From contig CANSJQ010000005.1 of assembly GCA_947647275.1 (NCBI GenBank), forward strand, positions 16,095 through 80,094: a DNA stretch of 64,000 bases. Direction: 5' to 3'. The notes beneath the pieces were generated by a model that had not been told where the DNA came from, made no database searches, and saw only the letters and a program-made list of their open reading frames with translations. The DNA comes from an uncultured Clostridiaceae bacterium (GTDB lineage Bacteria > Bacillota > Clostridia > TANB77 > CAG-508). Below, piece by piece: positions 20,306 to 29,220 of the stretch. Position numbers and translations under genes: made by a program. Every line of letters starts with the position of its first letter. Position 1 is the first letter of the stretch.

Positions 20306-21455
20306 ATGAAAAAAATTTTAATTTTTTATGCCTCTTATGGAGGTGGTCATTATTCTGCTGCTAGTTCTATTAAGCAGTATATTGATAATAATTATACAGA
20401 TGTTCAAACATATATGATAGATTGTGTTAAATATATTAATAAAGCTTTCGAAAAAGTTACTACAACTGCATATAAGGAAATGGTTAAGAAAGCTCCTTGG
20501 ACGTGGGGGAAGGTTTATTATAAATCTGACGATGGTATTATAGCAAAAGTAAGCTCTACATCTAATAAACTAATGGCTGTAAAAATGGCTAAATTATTTA
20601 GGGAAATTAAACCTGACATTGTTATTTCTACACATGCTTTTGGCTCTCAAATGACTAGCTATTTAAAGAAAAAGAGGAAAACAAATTGCATATTAGCTAC
20701 TGTTATGACTGACTTTGCTCCCCACAATCAATGGTTAATTGGTAGTGAATTTGTAGATTATTATTTTGTATCAAATGATAACATGAAGCATTTGATGGTT
20801 AAAAATAATAATATTAGTAGTGATAAAATATATGTGACTGGTATTCCTTTTTCTGAGCGCTTTCTACAAAAATATAATAGAAATGAAATTTTAGAACAAT
20901 TTGGACTATGTAATAATAAAAAAACTATTTTATTTTTTCGGTGGTGGAGAATATGGAATAGGTAAAAATAAAACAATTAATATTTTAAATATTCTTGCTA
21001 AAAGTAATTATAATATTCAAATTGTTGCTATTGCTGGTAGAAATGAAAAACTAAGAATGGATTTTGAAGATATTGTATTACAAAATAATAAACAAGATTC
21101 TATTAAGGTTTTGCCTTTTACAAATAAAGTACCTGAACTTATGAGTATTTCTGATTTAGTTATTACAAAACCTGGGGGTCTTACTACTAGCGAATGTTTA
21201 GCAAGTTTTCTTCCTATGATTGTTATTAACCCAATACCAGGTCAAGAAGAACAAAATGCTGAATTTTTAGAAAATAACGGTGCTGCTATTTGGATAAAGA
21301 AAGATTCAAATCCTGAGGATATTATAAACTATATTTTAAGCGATGAAAATAAATTAAATAATATGAAAAAAAATTCTATCAAATTAGCAAAAATAAATTC
21401 TACTAAAGATATTTGTAAAATTTGTTTAGAAGGAAAGGAGAATAATAATGACTAG
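20306..21455 (+). pseudogene. ugtP: UgtP/MGDG-synthase-family glycosyltransferase (GT28), split by an apparent frameshift in a T6 run
   Basis: N-terminal part has ..ILIFYASYGGGHYSAA... The C-terminal part in the +1 frame has ..FFGGGEYGIGKN..LVITKPGGLTTSEC... The two ORFs (20306..20965 and 20901..21455) join at T6, 20934-20939. Confidence 0.7.
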
Positions 21456-21738
21456 TAAACAACGTGCTTATTTAAGAGCATTAGCAAATAATATAGATGC
21501 AATTTTTCAAATTGGGAAAGGTGGTATTTCTGATAATTTAATTTCTCAACTTTCTGATGCATTAGAAGCAAGGGAATTGATAAAAATTTCTGTTTTAGAA
21601 ACAGCTCCTGCAAATGCTAAATTATTAGGAAATGAAATTGCAGAAGCCACTAGTTCTACTTTAGTGCAAACTGTAGGCAATAAAATTACTTTATATAGAC
21701 CTAGAAAAAAGGATTCTAAAATTGTATTACCTAAATAA
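21448..21738 (+). CDS. yhbY: YhbY/CRS1-family RNA-binding protein (CRM domain)
   Basis: MTSKQRAYLRALANNIDAIFQIGKGGISDNLISQLSDALEARELIKI. 96 aa. Confidence 0.75.
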   Translation: MTSKQRAYLRALANNIDAIFQIGKGGISDNLISQLSDALEARELIKISVLETAPANAKLLGNEIAEATSSTLVQTVGNKITLYRPRKKDSKIVLPK

Positions 21739-21900
21739 ATTGTTAAAATTGCATATTATACTTAAGAGATTATATTTATGTTTTTTTGGTGATTCAAAAA
21801 AAGAATAGAAACAATTTTATAAAGTTTTTTAAAAAATTGTTTCTATTTTATTGACTTTTATTTAAAATAGTGTTAATATTATTAATGCAATTGATTTTTG

Positions 21901-21977
21901 GTTCAGTAGCTCAGTTGGATAGAGCAACGGATTTCTAATCCGTGGGTCGGGGGTTCGAATCCCTCCTGGATCACCAC
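21901..21977 (+). tRNA. tRNA-Arg (anticodon TCT)
   Basis: Cloverleaf: acceptor ggttcag/ctggatc, D arm gctcagttggatagagc, anticodon stem acgga/tccgt with loop ttTCTaa, T arm ggggg-ttcgaat-ccctc, discriminator A, encoded CCA. Confidence 0.85.
21933..21977 (+). repeat. attL: 45-bp direct repeat (3' half of tRNA-Arg), identical to the copy at 59954-59998
   Basis: tttctaatccgtgggtcgggggttcgaatccctcctggatcacca is present at both prophage ends. Confidence 0.85.
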
Positions 21978-22088
21978 AACAAAAAATCGCTAAACATTAG
22001 TATTTGTAATGTTCTAGCGATTTTATTTTATATTTTTCAATTTAATTTTGTATGTCATATTTGTCATTTTTGTCATGCTTATATATAC

Positions 22089-22112
22089 TTTACGGGGTCA
22101 AAACGGGGTCAA
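22089..22112. repeat. Putative integrase arm-type sites (tandem ACGGGGTCAA x2) in attL. Identical 24-mer at 59867-59890 in attR.
   Basis: tttacggggtcaaaacggggtcaa at both ends. The right copy lies inside the int 3' coding region (FTGSKRGQK). Confidence 0.5.
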
Positions 22113-22315
22113 TTTTTATTAATAAAATTAAAATAATCTTGCATTCCTTTTCTATATATTTCTAAAAATAACTTTCTATTCTTCATTACAATAATTCTTT
22201 CTCTCCAATTACACTTTTTCAAAATTTCCTCTAAAATTTCATTTTCATTTGTTTTTTCTTTCATAAAATACCTCTCTTTCTTTTCGCTAATTTCCTCGCT
22301 GAGAATAATTGACAA
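22109..22315 (-). CDS. Hypothetical prophage protein
   Basis: 68-aa ORF. Confidence 0.3.
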   Translation of the reverse strand: MSIILSEEISEKKERYFMKEKTNENEILEEILKKCNWRERIIVMKNRKLFLEIYRKGMQDYFNFINKN

Positions 22316-22652
22316 ATTTAATCTGAGAGTATATACTGTAATTGTATATATGGCTTAGTATATACTCTTTTGAGATAGTTTCGGTTCCAGTCGAGCTATC
22401 TCGCTTTTTGTACTATAACATATTTTTCTCTTCTAAAACGTCGAAGTTCGTCGATGTCGAAAAGTTTTTTAGTTAATATCAGCCATACTCTTTTTTCTAC
22501 TTTTGTCTACACCATTTTACCCTTTTCGACATTTTATGACATATTATTTTATGAAAGCGTTATTTTATTATGCAAAAATCAAAATTTATTTTTTCGTATA
22601 ACTTTTTAGAAAATTTTTAACATTTTTTTGTGTTATAAAAAAAGTAGAGCAT

Positions 22653-22916
22653 TTAAACTCCACTTATGTATAATTCTTTAACCTTCTCTATAAATATATT
22701 TTTGCCTTTAATTTCTCTTTTATATTTATTTAATTTTTTTACGTATTTATTAAATGTTTCTTTTTCTATGTAGTTATTATTATATAGCTTTTTATAATAC
22801 TCAAATGCTAAATCGTATGCTTCTGTTTTAGTTTTAACATCTTCATATTCTATATCTATACTTTCTTTGTATATTTCTATTATATCTTCTTCATTATGAT
22901 ATATTCCGAAACCCAT
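22653..22916 (-). CDS. Hypothetical prophage protein
   Basis: 87-aa ORF. Confidence 0.35.
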   Translation of the reverse strand: MGFGIYHNEEDIIEIYKESIDIEYEDVKTKTEAYDLAFEYYKKLYNNNYIEKETFNKYVKKLNKYKREIKGKNIFIEKVKELYISGV

Positions 22917-23046
22917 CTTTTATTGCTATTATTTTATAATCTTGTTTCTTTAATTCTATTATATTAATCATTAATGCTTCTTCAGATACACTTGTAAAAT
23001 CTAATACTCTATTTTTCTCGTAACTTATATCGAAATACTCTTTCAC

Positions 23047-23247
23047 TTACCATTCCACCTTATATAAATCTTTTATATCTATATTTAGTGCTTTTGCTAT
23101 TTTTATTAAAACTGTCAGCGTAGGCTCTTTTTCTTGTCTTTCAATATAGTTTAAGTGTGATTTTGATATTCCACTCATTCTTTCTAATTGTTCTAAAGAT
23201 ATTTGCTTTTGTTGTCTTATTTCTTTTAATAAAATTATAACTTTCAT
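23047..23247 (-). CDS. XRE-family HTH regulator (moron region)
   Basis: MKVIILLKEIRQQKQISLEQLERMSGISKSHLNYIERQEKEPTLTVLIKIAKALNIDIKDL. Start moved to the internal Met with a ggtggt RBS. Confidence 0.55.
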   Translation of the reverse strand: MKVIILLKEIRQQKQISLEQLERMSGISKSHLNYIERQEKEPTLTVLIKIAKALNIDIKDLYKVEW

Positions 23248-23761
23248 TTTACCACCAAACATAGTATGTTTATATTTGTGTATAACATACATATTATCCA
23301 CTATGGTGGAAATTATAAAATTTATTAAAAAAAGCTAGTTCGTTACTAGCTCTCTCATTTTTCTTACTATGTACTCATCTAAGAATTGACTCTGTTTTAC
23401 TATATCGTTGTAGTCTGTATTTTCTTCTAACATAATATTTAATACTCTTTTGTGATAGTCTATAATTATATCTAACATATTAATCACCTCTTGAGTATAT
23501 TATAACATATTATGTTGATTTTGTTTGTCGAAAACTGGCATTCATCACTGGAAAATTTTAGAACTTTTTAACGAAATATCTTGACTAATTAATAAATTTT
23601 ATATATAGTATAAGAAATCGTTTGAAAAGGTCTTTCACCTCGACAGCTTAGTTGTATTAAGTAGTGGTTATCGCTACTTATAGTGGCTGTCTTTCGGTAA
23701 CCACTACTATCATGCAACTAAGTTACGACTTAATTGCAACGTGGAAAGAAGGTGAAGATCT

Positions 23762-23926
23762 ATGGAAAGTATGTATACTCTAGTAGGCATCGGATTCGTC
23801 ATTCTTTGCGTTACTATCTTAGTAGCAGTTGCTGGTATCTTTGGATACATAGTACATATAACGAAGAAAAAACTTGAAGTTGCACCCGCTAAAGTTAACT
23901 CCAAGTCAAACGATACGATTGAGTAA
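23762..23926 (+). CDS. Small membrane peptide (54 aa). Candidate type I toxin or holin-like protein.
   Basis: MESMYTLVGIGFVILCVTILVAVAGIFGYIVHITKKKLEVAPAKVNSKSNDTIE: one TM helix plus a charged tail. RBS aaggtga. Preceded by a long nested stem-loop 5' UTR (23650-23750) and followed by hairpin gtaaggattttccttac. Confidence 0.45.
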   Translation: MESMYTLVGIGFVILCVTILVAVAGIFGYIVHITKKKLEVAPAKVNSKSNDTIE

Positions 23927-24261
23927 GGATTTTCCTTACTCTTCTTTTTTATTCAAATGTATTTTATAAATAATATTTTCTTTAGTCAATAGTATACTCA
24001 AAAATTCATATTATATTTCTATTACAAATATTACATTTTTGTTACACAATAATACTACTTAATTGATTCTATGTCAATATTATAGCATAAAAATTCGAAA
24101 ATTTCAACATTTAACATAAAATTTATTTTTTCTTTTAACATAGTCCAAACACGGCTCTCTACAATGCATTTTAAGACGTTTTTATTTTTGTTTAATATAC
24201 TTTTATGTCTTGAAAGTAGCTTGATTTCAGTAGTTTTAAATTTTTTTATATTTTTTGAAAA

Positions 24262-24300
24262 AAGTATTGACTTACTCGTACGAGTATGCTATAATAAATA
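24262..24300 (+). promoter_or_regulatory. Promoter with embedded 14-bp palindromic operator. Duplicated at 24699-24737.
   Basis: TTGACT-tactcgtacgagta-tgc-TATAAT: -35/-10 boxes with the perfect palindrome TACTCGTACGAGTA in the spacer. Identical unit (one substitution) 437 bp downstream. Confidence 0.55.
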
Positions 24301-24320
24301 CAGAAGGTGAGGTGAGATAT

Positions 24321-24437
24321 ATGAGATTATTAAAAAAAGCACTTATCTATCTAGCACATAGACAAGCACTTAGACAAGACTTAATAAGAAAACAAAACAA
24401 TCGTGAACAGATTAATTTAATTATTAAAGACTTGTAA
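24321..24437 (+). CDS. Hypothetical small protein (38 aa) driven by operator-promoter copy 1
   Basis: RBS aaggtgaggtga. MRLLKKALIYLAHRQALRQDLIRKQNNREQINLIIKDL. Confidence 0.3.
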   Translation: MRLLKKALIYLAHRQALRQDLIRKQNNREQINLIIKDL

Positions 24438-24512
24438 CACTTGAGAGGATATTTCCTCTCTTGTATATAAATATTATATATGATATATTAAAAAAAATCA
24501 AGGAGGAATATT

Positions 24513-24686
24513 ATGAGTAGAAATATTCAAAAAGAAAAGGAATGGGCTAAAGCAAAATATACTAGAATATTAGGAGATATTGATAAAGAATTAGCTGAAC
24601 AATTAAAATTGAAATTAAAAAAAGAAGGAAAGTCAATAGCAAGTTGGATTACAGACAATGCTAAAAAATATTTAGAAAAAAATTAA
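24513..24686 (+). CDS. Small ribbon-helix-helix-like protein (57 aa)
   Basis: Strong RBS caaggaggaatatt. MSRNIQKEKEWAKAKYTRILGDIDKELAEQLKLKLKKEGKSIASWITDNAKKYLEKN resembles Arc/ParD-type RHH. Confidence 0.4.
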   Translation: MSRNIQKEKEWAKAKYTRILGDIDKELAEQLKLKLKKEGKSIASWITDNAKKYLEKN

Positions 24687-24795
24687 AAAAAATTATAAAA
24701 AAGTATTGACTTACTCGTACGAGTATGTTATAATATATTTAAGTTAAGAGATAAGACGTTAGCAAATGCAACGCACTCTAAGAAGGAGATTAATT

Positions 24796-25053
24796 ATGAA
24801 AGAAGAAGTTTTAAAATTATTAGAAAGTATTAATTTAGATTATGATGAAAACGATGCATTTGCTCAAAATTACAGACAAATAAAAGAAGATTTTATGCTA
24901 AGAATATCAGAAGTAAAAAAAGCTTCAATGATTAGCGAGTTTGCAATTGCAAAAATACAAAAATATATAAATGAGATAGATGGATTAGACGACTTTGATA
25001 AATATGAAAAAATAAATAATTTACAAAGAGAACTAACTGTGTTAGTATTTTAA
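24796..25053 (+). CDS. Hypothetical protein driven by operator-promoter copy 2
   Basis: RBS aagaaggagattaatt. Start taken at MKEEVLK. Confidence 0.4.
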   Translation: MKEEVLKLLESINLDYDENDAFAQNYRQIKEDFMLRISEVKKASMISEFAIAKIQKYINEIDGLDDFDKYEKINNLQRELTVLVF

Positions 25054-25069
25054 AAGGAGGATATAGAAT

Positions 25070-25468
25070 ATGAAAGAATTAAAAGAAATTATTAAAGAAA
25101 TTGAGAAATTAGAGAATGACTATATAAATACACAAATTGATGAATCAGGAATTTATAAAGAAGTAAAAGAAGAAGGTTTCGTAGGAAAAAACAGATATAC
25201 AACAAGAGAATTTTGGGATAGAAGGGCTGAAGAACAAAAACAAAATGCTATAAATTTTATAACTGAAAAATATTCTACTATAGATAAAGAAATAAAAGAA
25301 AGTAATTCTATATATTCTGAATATGACTATGAAGTTGCATATTACAAAACTTTTGAGCAATATTTTAATATTATATTAGATGAGAATAAATTAAATGAAA
25401 TTAATGAGTATTTAAACAATAAGATGAATAAATTTTTTGAAGGGTATAACAAAATATATAATAATTAA
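25070..25468 (+). CDS. Hypothetical prophage protein
   Basis: 132-aa ORF with RBS aaaggaggatat. Confidence 0.45.
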   Translation: MKELKEIIKEIEKLENDYINTQIDESGIYKEVKEEGFVGKNRYTTREFWDRRAEEQKQNAINFITEKYSTIDKEIKESNSIYSEYDYEVAYYKTFEQYFNIILDENKLNEINEYLNNKMNKFFEGYNKIYNN

Positions 25469-25479
25469 AAGAGGAAAAG

Positions 25480-25986
25480 ATGGAAAATAAAGATGTTAAC
25501 TTACAATATCATATAAAAGAAAAACTGAAAGCTTGTGCTAACTATTATGCAAAAGCTCACGAGCTAGATCAACATATAACAGAATATTTAAAAAGAAATA
25601 ACATATATGATGATATAAAAGCAGATTATAATGATTTAATTATAAATTCGAATAATTATAACAAATTTATACAAATAGTAGAAAAACTAGCATGTCAAAC
25701 TGCTAAAGGTATTACTTATAATAATGAAACACACACGCTGAGAGAATGGGCTAAAATACTAGGATTGCGTACAGATAGAGTTATTCAAAGATATAAGAAA
25801 TATCCTGATGATTTAGACTATGTTTTTTCAAATGTAAATTACATGCATGGAGGTAAACGTATAAAATACAATAACGAGACACATTCACTGACAGAATGGT
25901 CAGAAATAACAGGTATAAACTATAATACATTAATGTCAAGATACTATAGAAATCCTAACGACTTAGATTATGTTTTTAAAAAGTAG
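25480..25986 (+). CDS. Hypothetical protein with two tandem ~45-aa HTH-like repeats
   Basis: Internal repeat: YNNETHTLREWAKILGLRTDRVIQRYKKYPDDLDYVF and YNNETHSLTEWSEITGINYNTLMSRYYRNPNDLDYVF. Confidence 0.45.
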   Translation: MENKDVNLQYHIKEKLKACANYYAKAHELDQHITEYLKRNNIYDDIKADYNDLIINSNNYNKFIQIVEKLACQTAKGITYNNETHTLREWAKILGLRTDRVIQRYKKYPDDLDYVFSNVNYMHGGKRIKYNNETHSLTEWSEITGINYNTLMSRYYRNPNDLDYVFKK

Positions 25987-26089
25987 CAGAGTATTAATTT
26001 CTCTGCTATTGTTTTATCTTACATAGGTTAATTTCCTTGACTTTTGTTTATTTGTCATCTATTATATATGTGATAGAAAAGGAGGATTT

Positions 26090-26437
26090 ATGAAAGAGTC
26101 ATTTGATGAATTAAAAGAAAAATTATTAAATAAAGAAATTACATTATTAGAATTAGATAATATTATAAATGAATATGTTAAAAAAATTTATAATCAGAAT
26201 ACTGTAAGTCTTTTTAAAAAAGATAGATGTTATCAAGCTGTAAATTTAAATGCTATGGAAGGATACTTTCCTTATCTTATTTATGATTCTAATTATTATA
26301 AATATTTGAGGGTATTTTTTAAAATAATAAAAAATATAGAAGAAGAGCCACCTGAAAAATTACTAATTAAAGTATATGAATTAGATTTATTTGTTGATAA
26401 GATTGATGATGAAGATATAGATAATGAAGAAGATTAA
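26090..26437 (+). CDS. Hypothetical prophage protein with an acidic C-terminus
   Basis: 115-aa ORF with RBS aaaggaggattt. Confidence 0.45.
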   Translation: MKESFDELKEKLLNKEITLLELDNIINEYVKKIYNQNTVSLFKKDRCYQAVNLNAMEGYFPYLIYDSNYYKYLRVFFKIIKNIEEEPPEKLLIKVYELDLFVDKIDDEDIDNEED

Positions 26438-26467
26438 AGTAGAGCAAATTAATGCTCTACTATTATT

Positions 26468-27376
26468 TTATATTAATTTTAGTAAAGATTTCCACATATT
26501 ATTTCCTTTTGTTATTTCTCCATCTGTTTTTTTATAATGTAAAACTTCTTTTTGATATCTATTAACAGCTTTTTCGAATTTTTCTCCTGCAATTCCATCA
26601 ACATACCCTACTTCTGTGTAACCTAGTACGTTTAAATATCTTTGAATAGGTTTTACTACTGCGTGCCTATTGTTTTTATATCTTGATACTGTAACTGTTT
26701 TAGATAAAGTTTCTGAGCCTGCAATTCTATCTACTTTAGCACCGCAAGATTTTTGTACGTCTCCTACAAAATCTTTATATGAATATGTATTTTCTACTAC
26801 TTGAACAGGTTTGCTTTCTGTAACTGGTTTGTTTTCAGAATTAACGCCTAGTGTTTTTAATATACCTTTTGCAATAGCTTGTCCGAATGTTTTTTGCTCG
26901 TGTAGTTCATCTGCTTGTGATGCATCTGCTTTGTTATCTACAAATACAGTTTCAGTAATTATAGAAGGACATTTAATACAACGAATAAATCCAAAATAAT
27001 CACCGTTGTTACCTCTTTTAGTTTTTAAACCTCTTGAATTTTGACCTATAGCTTTTATCTCTTCTTCTATATTTTGTGCAAGTATTTTTCCAGTACCACC
27101 GCCGAGTGTATGATATACCTCAAAACCATCTCCACCACCTGCATTGTTGTGTATATCAACTGCTACGTCTGGATTATATTCATTACACTCATTTATTCTT
27201 TGTGTTAATTCCTTATCTATGTCGCTTGTTCTTGATATTTTTACTTCTACGCCATTTGCTTCAAGATATTCTTTACAAGCAAGTGCCATTTGAAGATTTA
27301 CGTCTTTTTCTACTATGTATCCTACAGCTCCGCTATCTTTTCCGCCGTGTCCTACTCCTAAATATACTTTTTTCAT
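26468..27376 (-). CDS. Endolysin: N-acetylmuramoyl-L-alanine amidase (Amidase_3) with a C-terminal peptidoglycan-binding domain
   Basis: N-terminus MKKVYLGVGHGGKDSGAVG..DIHNNAGGG. C-terminal PG_binding_1-like YLNVLGYTEVGYVDGIAGEKFEKAVNRYQ. Directly downstream of the holin. Confidence 0.8.
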   Translation of the reverse strand: MKKVYLGVGHGGKDSGAVGYIVEKDVNLQMALACKEYLEANGVEVKISRTSDIDKELTQRINECNEYNPDVAVDIHNNAGGGDGFEVYHTLGGGTGKILAQNIEEEIKAIGQNSRGLKTKRGNNGDYFGFIRCIKCPSIITETVFVDNKADASQADELHEQKTFGQAIAKGILKTLGVNSENKPVTESKPVQVVENTYSYKDFVGDVQKSCGAKVDRIAGSETLSKTVTVSRYKNNRHAVVKPIQRYLNVLGYTEVGYVDGIAGEKFEKAVNRYQKEVLHYKKTDGEITKGNNMWKSLLKLI

Positions 27377-27573
27377 TATTTATCCTCCTTATTTATTGCT
27401 TTTTGTCCTAGCAAAAATGTGCCTATTACTCCGTTTACAACCGCAATAACCTTTACTATTTGTATTGCGTAAGGTATTGTTATACCATCTACTGCATTTA
27501 TTCCTGCTACTAATGCACTTACTATTGCTAGTATGTTTGTTGCATATTTTGCAACCTTCTTTACTTTTTTCAT
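27376..27573 (-). CDS. Holin (small two-TM protein with charged C-terminus)
   Basis: 65 aa with hydrophobic core and C-terminus QKAINKEDK. Position between XhlA and the endolysin. Confidence 0.65.
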   Translation of the reverse strand: MKKVKKVAKYATNILAIVSALVAGINAVDGITIPYAIQIVKVIAVVNGVIGTFLLGQKAINKEDK

Positions 27574-27590
27574 GTTATTTTCCTCCTTCC

Positions 27591-27878
27591 TTATTTTAAT
27601 CCCAATTTAAAAAGAGCAAATGCTAGTATCGCATAGAATAAATAGTCAATTAATTTATCCCATTTCATACCTTTTTGCTCTTTTCCTTTTTGTATGTCTT
27701 TTCTTATTTCTGATACATTATTTTCTACATTACTCATTCGATAATCCATTTTTTCCATAATCGAATAGGTTTTTTCTAAACTTTCAAGTCTGTCTTCTTG
27801 TTCATCTAATCGTTTTGTATTACTCTTGCCTCGTTGCTCATTTTCTACAAGTCTTTCTATTAATTCTTTTTCTTGCAT
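27591..27878 (-). CDS. XhlA-family phage hemolysin-like protein
   Basis: Coiled coil followed by a single C-terminal TM helix (WDKLIDYLFYAILAFALFKLGLK). Lysis-module position. Confidence 0.6.
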   Translation of the reverse strand: MQEKELIERLVENEQRGKSNTKRLDEQEDRLESLEKTYSIMEKMDYRMSNVENNVSEIRKDIQKGKEQKGMKWDKLIDYLFYAILAFALFKLGLK

Positions 27879-27897
27879 ACTATTTTCTCTCTTTCTT

Positions 27898-29044
27898 TTA
27901 ATCTGTTGTTTTTGTGTATTCTAATATAGCATAAGCATTTGTATAACTACTAAATGCACTTGCGTTACTTCTTGCAATCATTTGACCTAAAGTTTTATTT
28001 ATATATGCAAAAAATACATATTGCCAATTATCTCCACTATGTGCTGGTAGAGTTCGATAGTCAGTTGAACTAATTATTACAGCTTCTTTAATTTTTATAA
28101 AATCAATATTTGCTATTTTTAGTTCTGTTGTTGATTCTGCATTTTTCCCATTGCTTGTGCAATTAGGAATACTAAATTGAATCACTTTTCTATATAAAGT
28201 TTTTCCATCTATCCACTTACCAATTACTTGCTCTTCTATTGAATAAATCTCTTCTTGTTTCTTCATAAACTCTTCATATGCATTATTATTATTTAAAATG
28301 TATGTTTTAGATTCTATGTATTCTTCATATTCTGTTGCTGTTGAGCCTTGTTCTATTTGCATAGTATCTAGTTGTGTTAATAAGATGCTATATCTAAAAT
28401 AAACTGCATTTTCAGGTACAACAATACTATTACTTGAATTTAATACTGTATTACCACTTATATATTCCTTATCTTTATCGTAAAAAATAAAACCGTGGAT
28501 TTTGAGCCGAAGGATAAATCTCTGCTGAAATTGCTATTTTATCAAAATTCTTTACATATATATAATCACTATAAGAATATCCTTCACTTATTGTCGCTAT
28601 ACCTGTGTCTTTATGTAAAAAATATCCTTTTGTAACTTTGCTTTTATCAAATAAATTCTTTCCCTTCTGCATCCAAACTTTTCTACGATTTTTTGCAGGC
28701 TCTGTTGAGCTTACTATTATTCCTTCTTGTTCTATATTAGTAAGTTGTTCATTTACTTCTTCTTGATATGCACTTAAGTCTACATTGTCTGAATATATAA
28801 CCCAGTCTGTTCCATTGTAAATATAGTTTTTGTTTTCATCGTCAACCCTATATATGTATCCACTTTTTATATTTGTTAATGCTTGTAAATCTGCTAATGT
28901 TTGCACTGTTCCTTTGAAAATCAAAGGATTTCCAAATTTATCTATTTGACCTTTTATTGCATTTGCCATTAGTGTCGAATATTTGTTTAAATCTGCTACG
29001 TCTTCATTGTTAAAAATCGGTATATCATATTCTATTTTTTGCAT
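27898..29044 (-). pseudogene. Tail fibre/receptor-binding candidate split into two ORFs (28475..29044 and 27898..28362) by an apparent frameshift in a T/A run
   Basis: The frame of the downstream ORF is open for >100 nt upstream of its Met and continues the upstream ORF. Junction at homopolymers 28483-28493 (aaaaaataaaacc). Confidence 0.4.
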
Positions 29045-29220
29045 TGCTACTCTCCTTTCAGCTCTGAAACTTTAAATTGTTTTATTTTAGATGCAGTTTT
29101 ATTTTTTATTTCTGCATAAGTTAAGTACCTTATTGCTTTTATTTTTAGTTTAAAGATAGAGCCAACCTCAATTTTTGAAGGCTCTATTATTTTTTCTATT
29201 ATTTTAGACATATTGTCCTC

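Noticed and set aside
21942-22136. 64-aa + ORF overlapping the tRNA-Arg 3' end and attL, containing FTGSKRGQ (matches the integrase C-terminus)
   Set aside because: Overlaps a tRNA. The integrase-like residues come from the 24-nt arm-type repeat shared with attR, not from a gene remnant with a start or RBS.
23335-23477. Possible 47-aa minus-strand ORF downstream of the XRE gene
   Set aside because: On careful re-reading the frame closes after 12 codons. My first pass had mis-transcribed one base.
23710-23904. 64-aa minus-strand ORF
   Set aside because: Antisense to the better-supported plus-strand 54-aa membrane peptide (RBS, TM helix, terminator). It could overlap a genuine antisense RNA but is unlikely to be coding.
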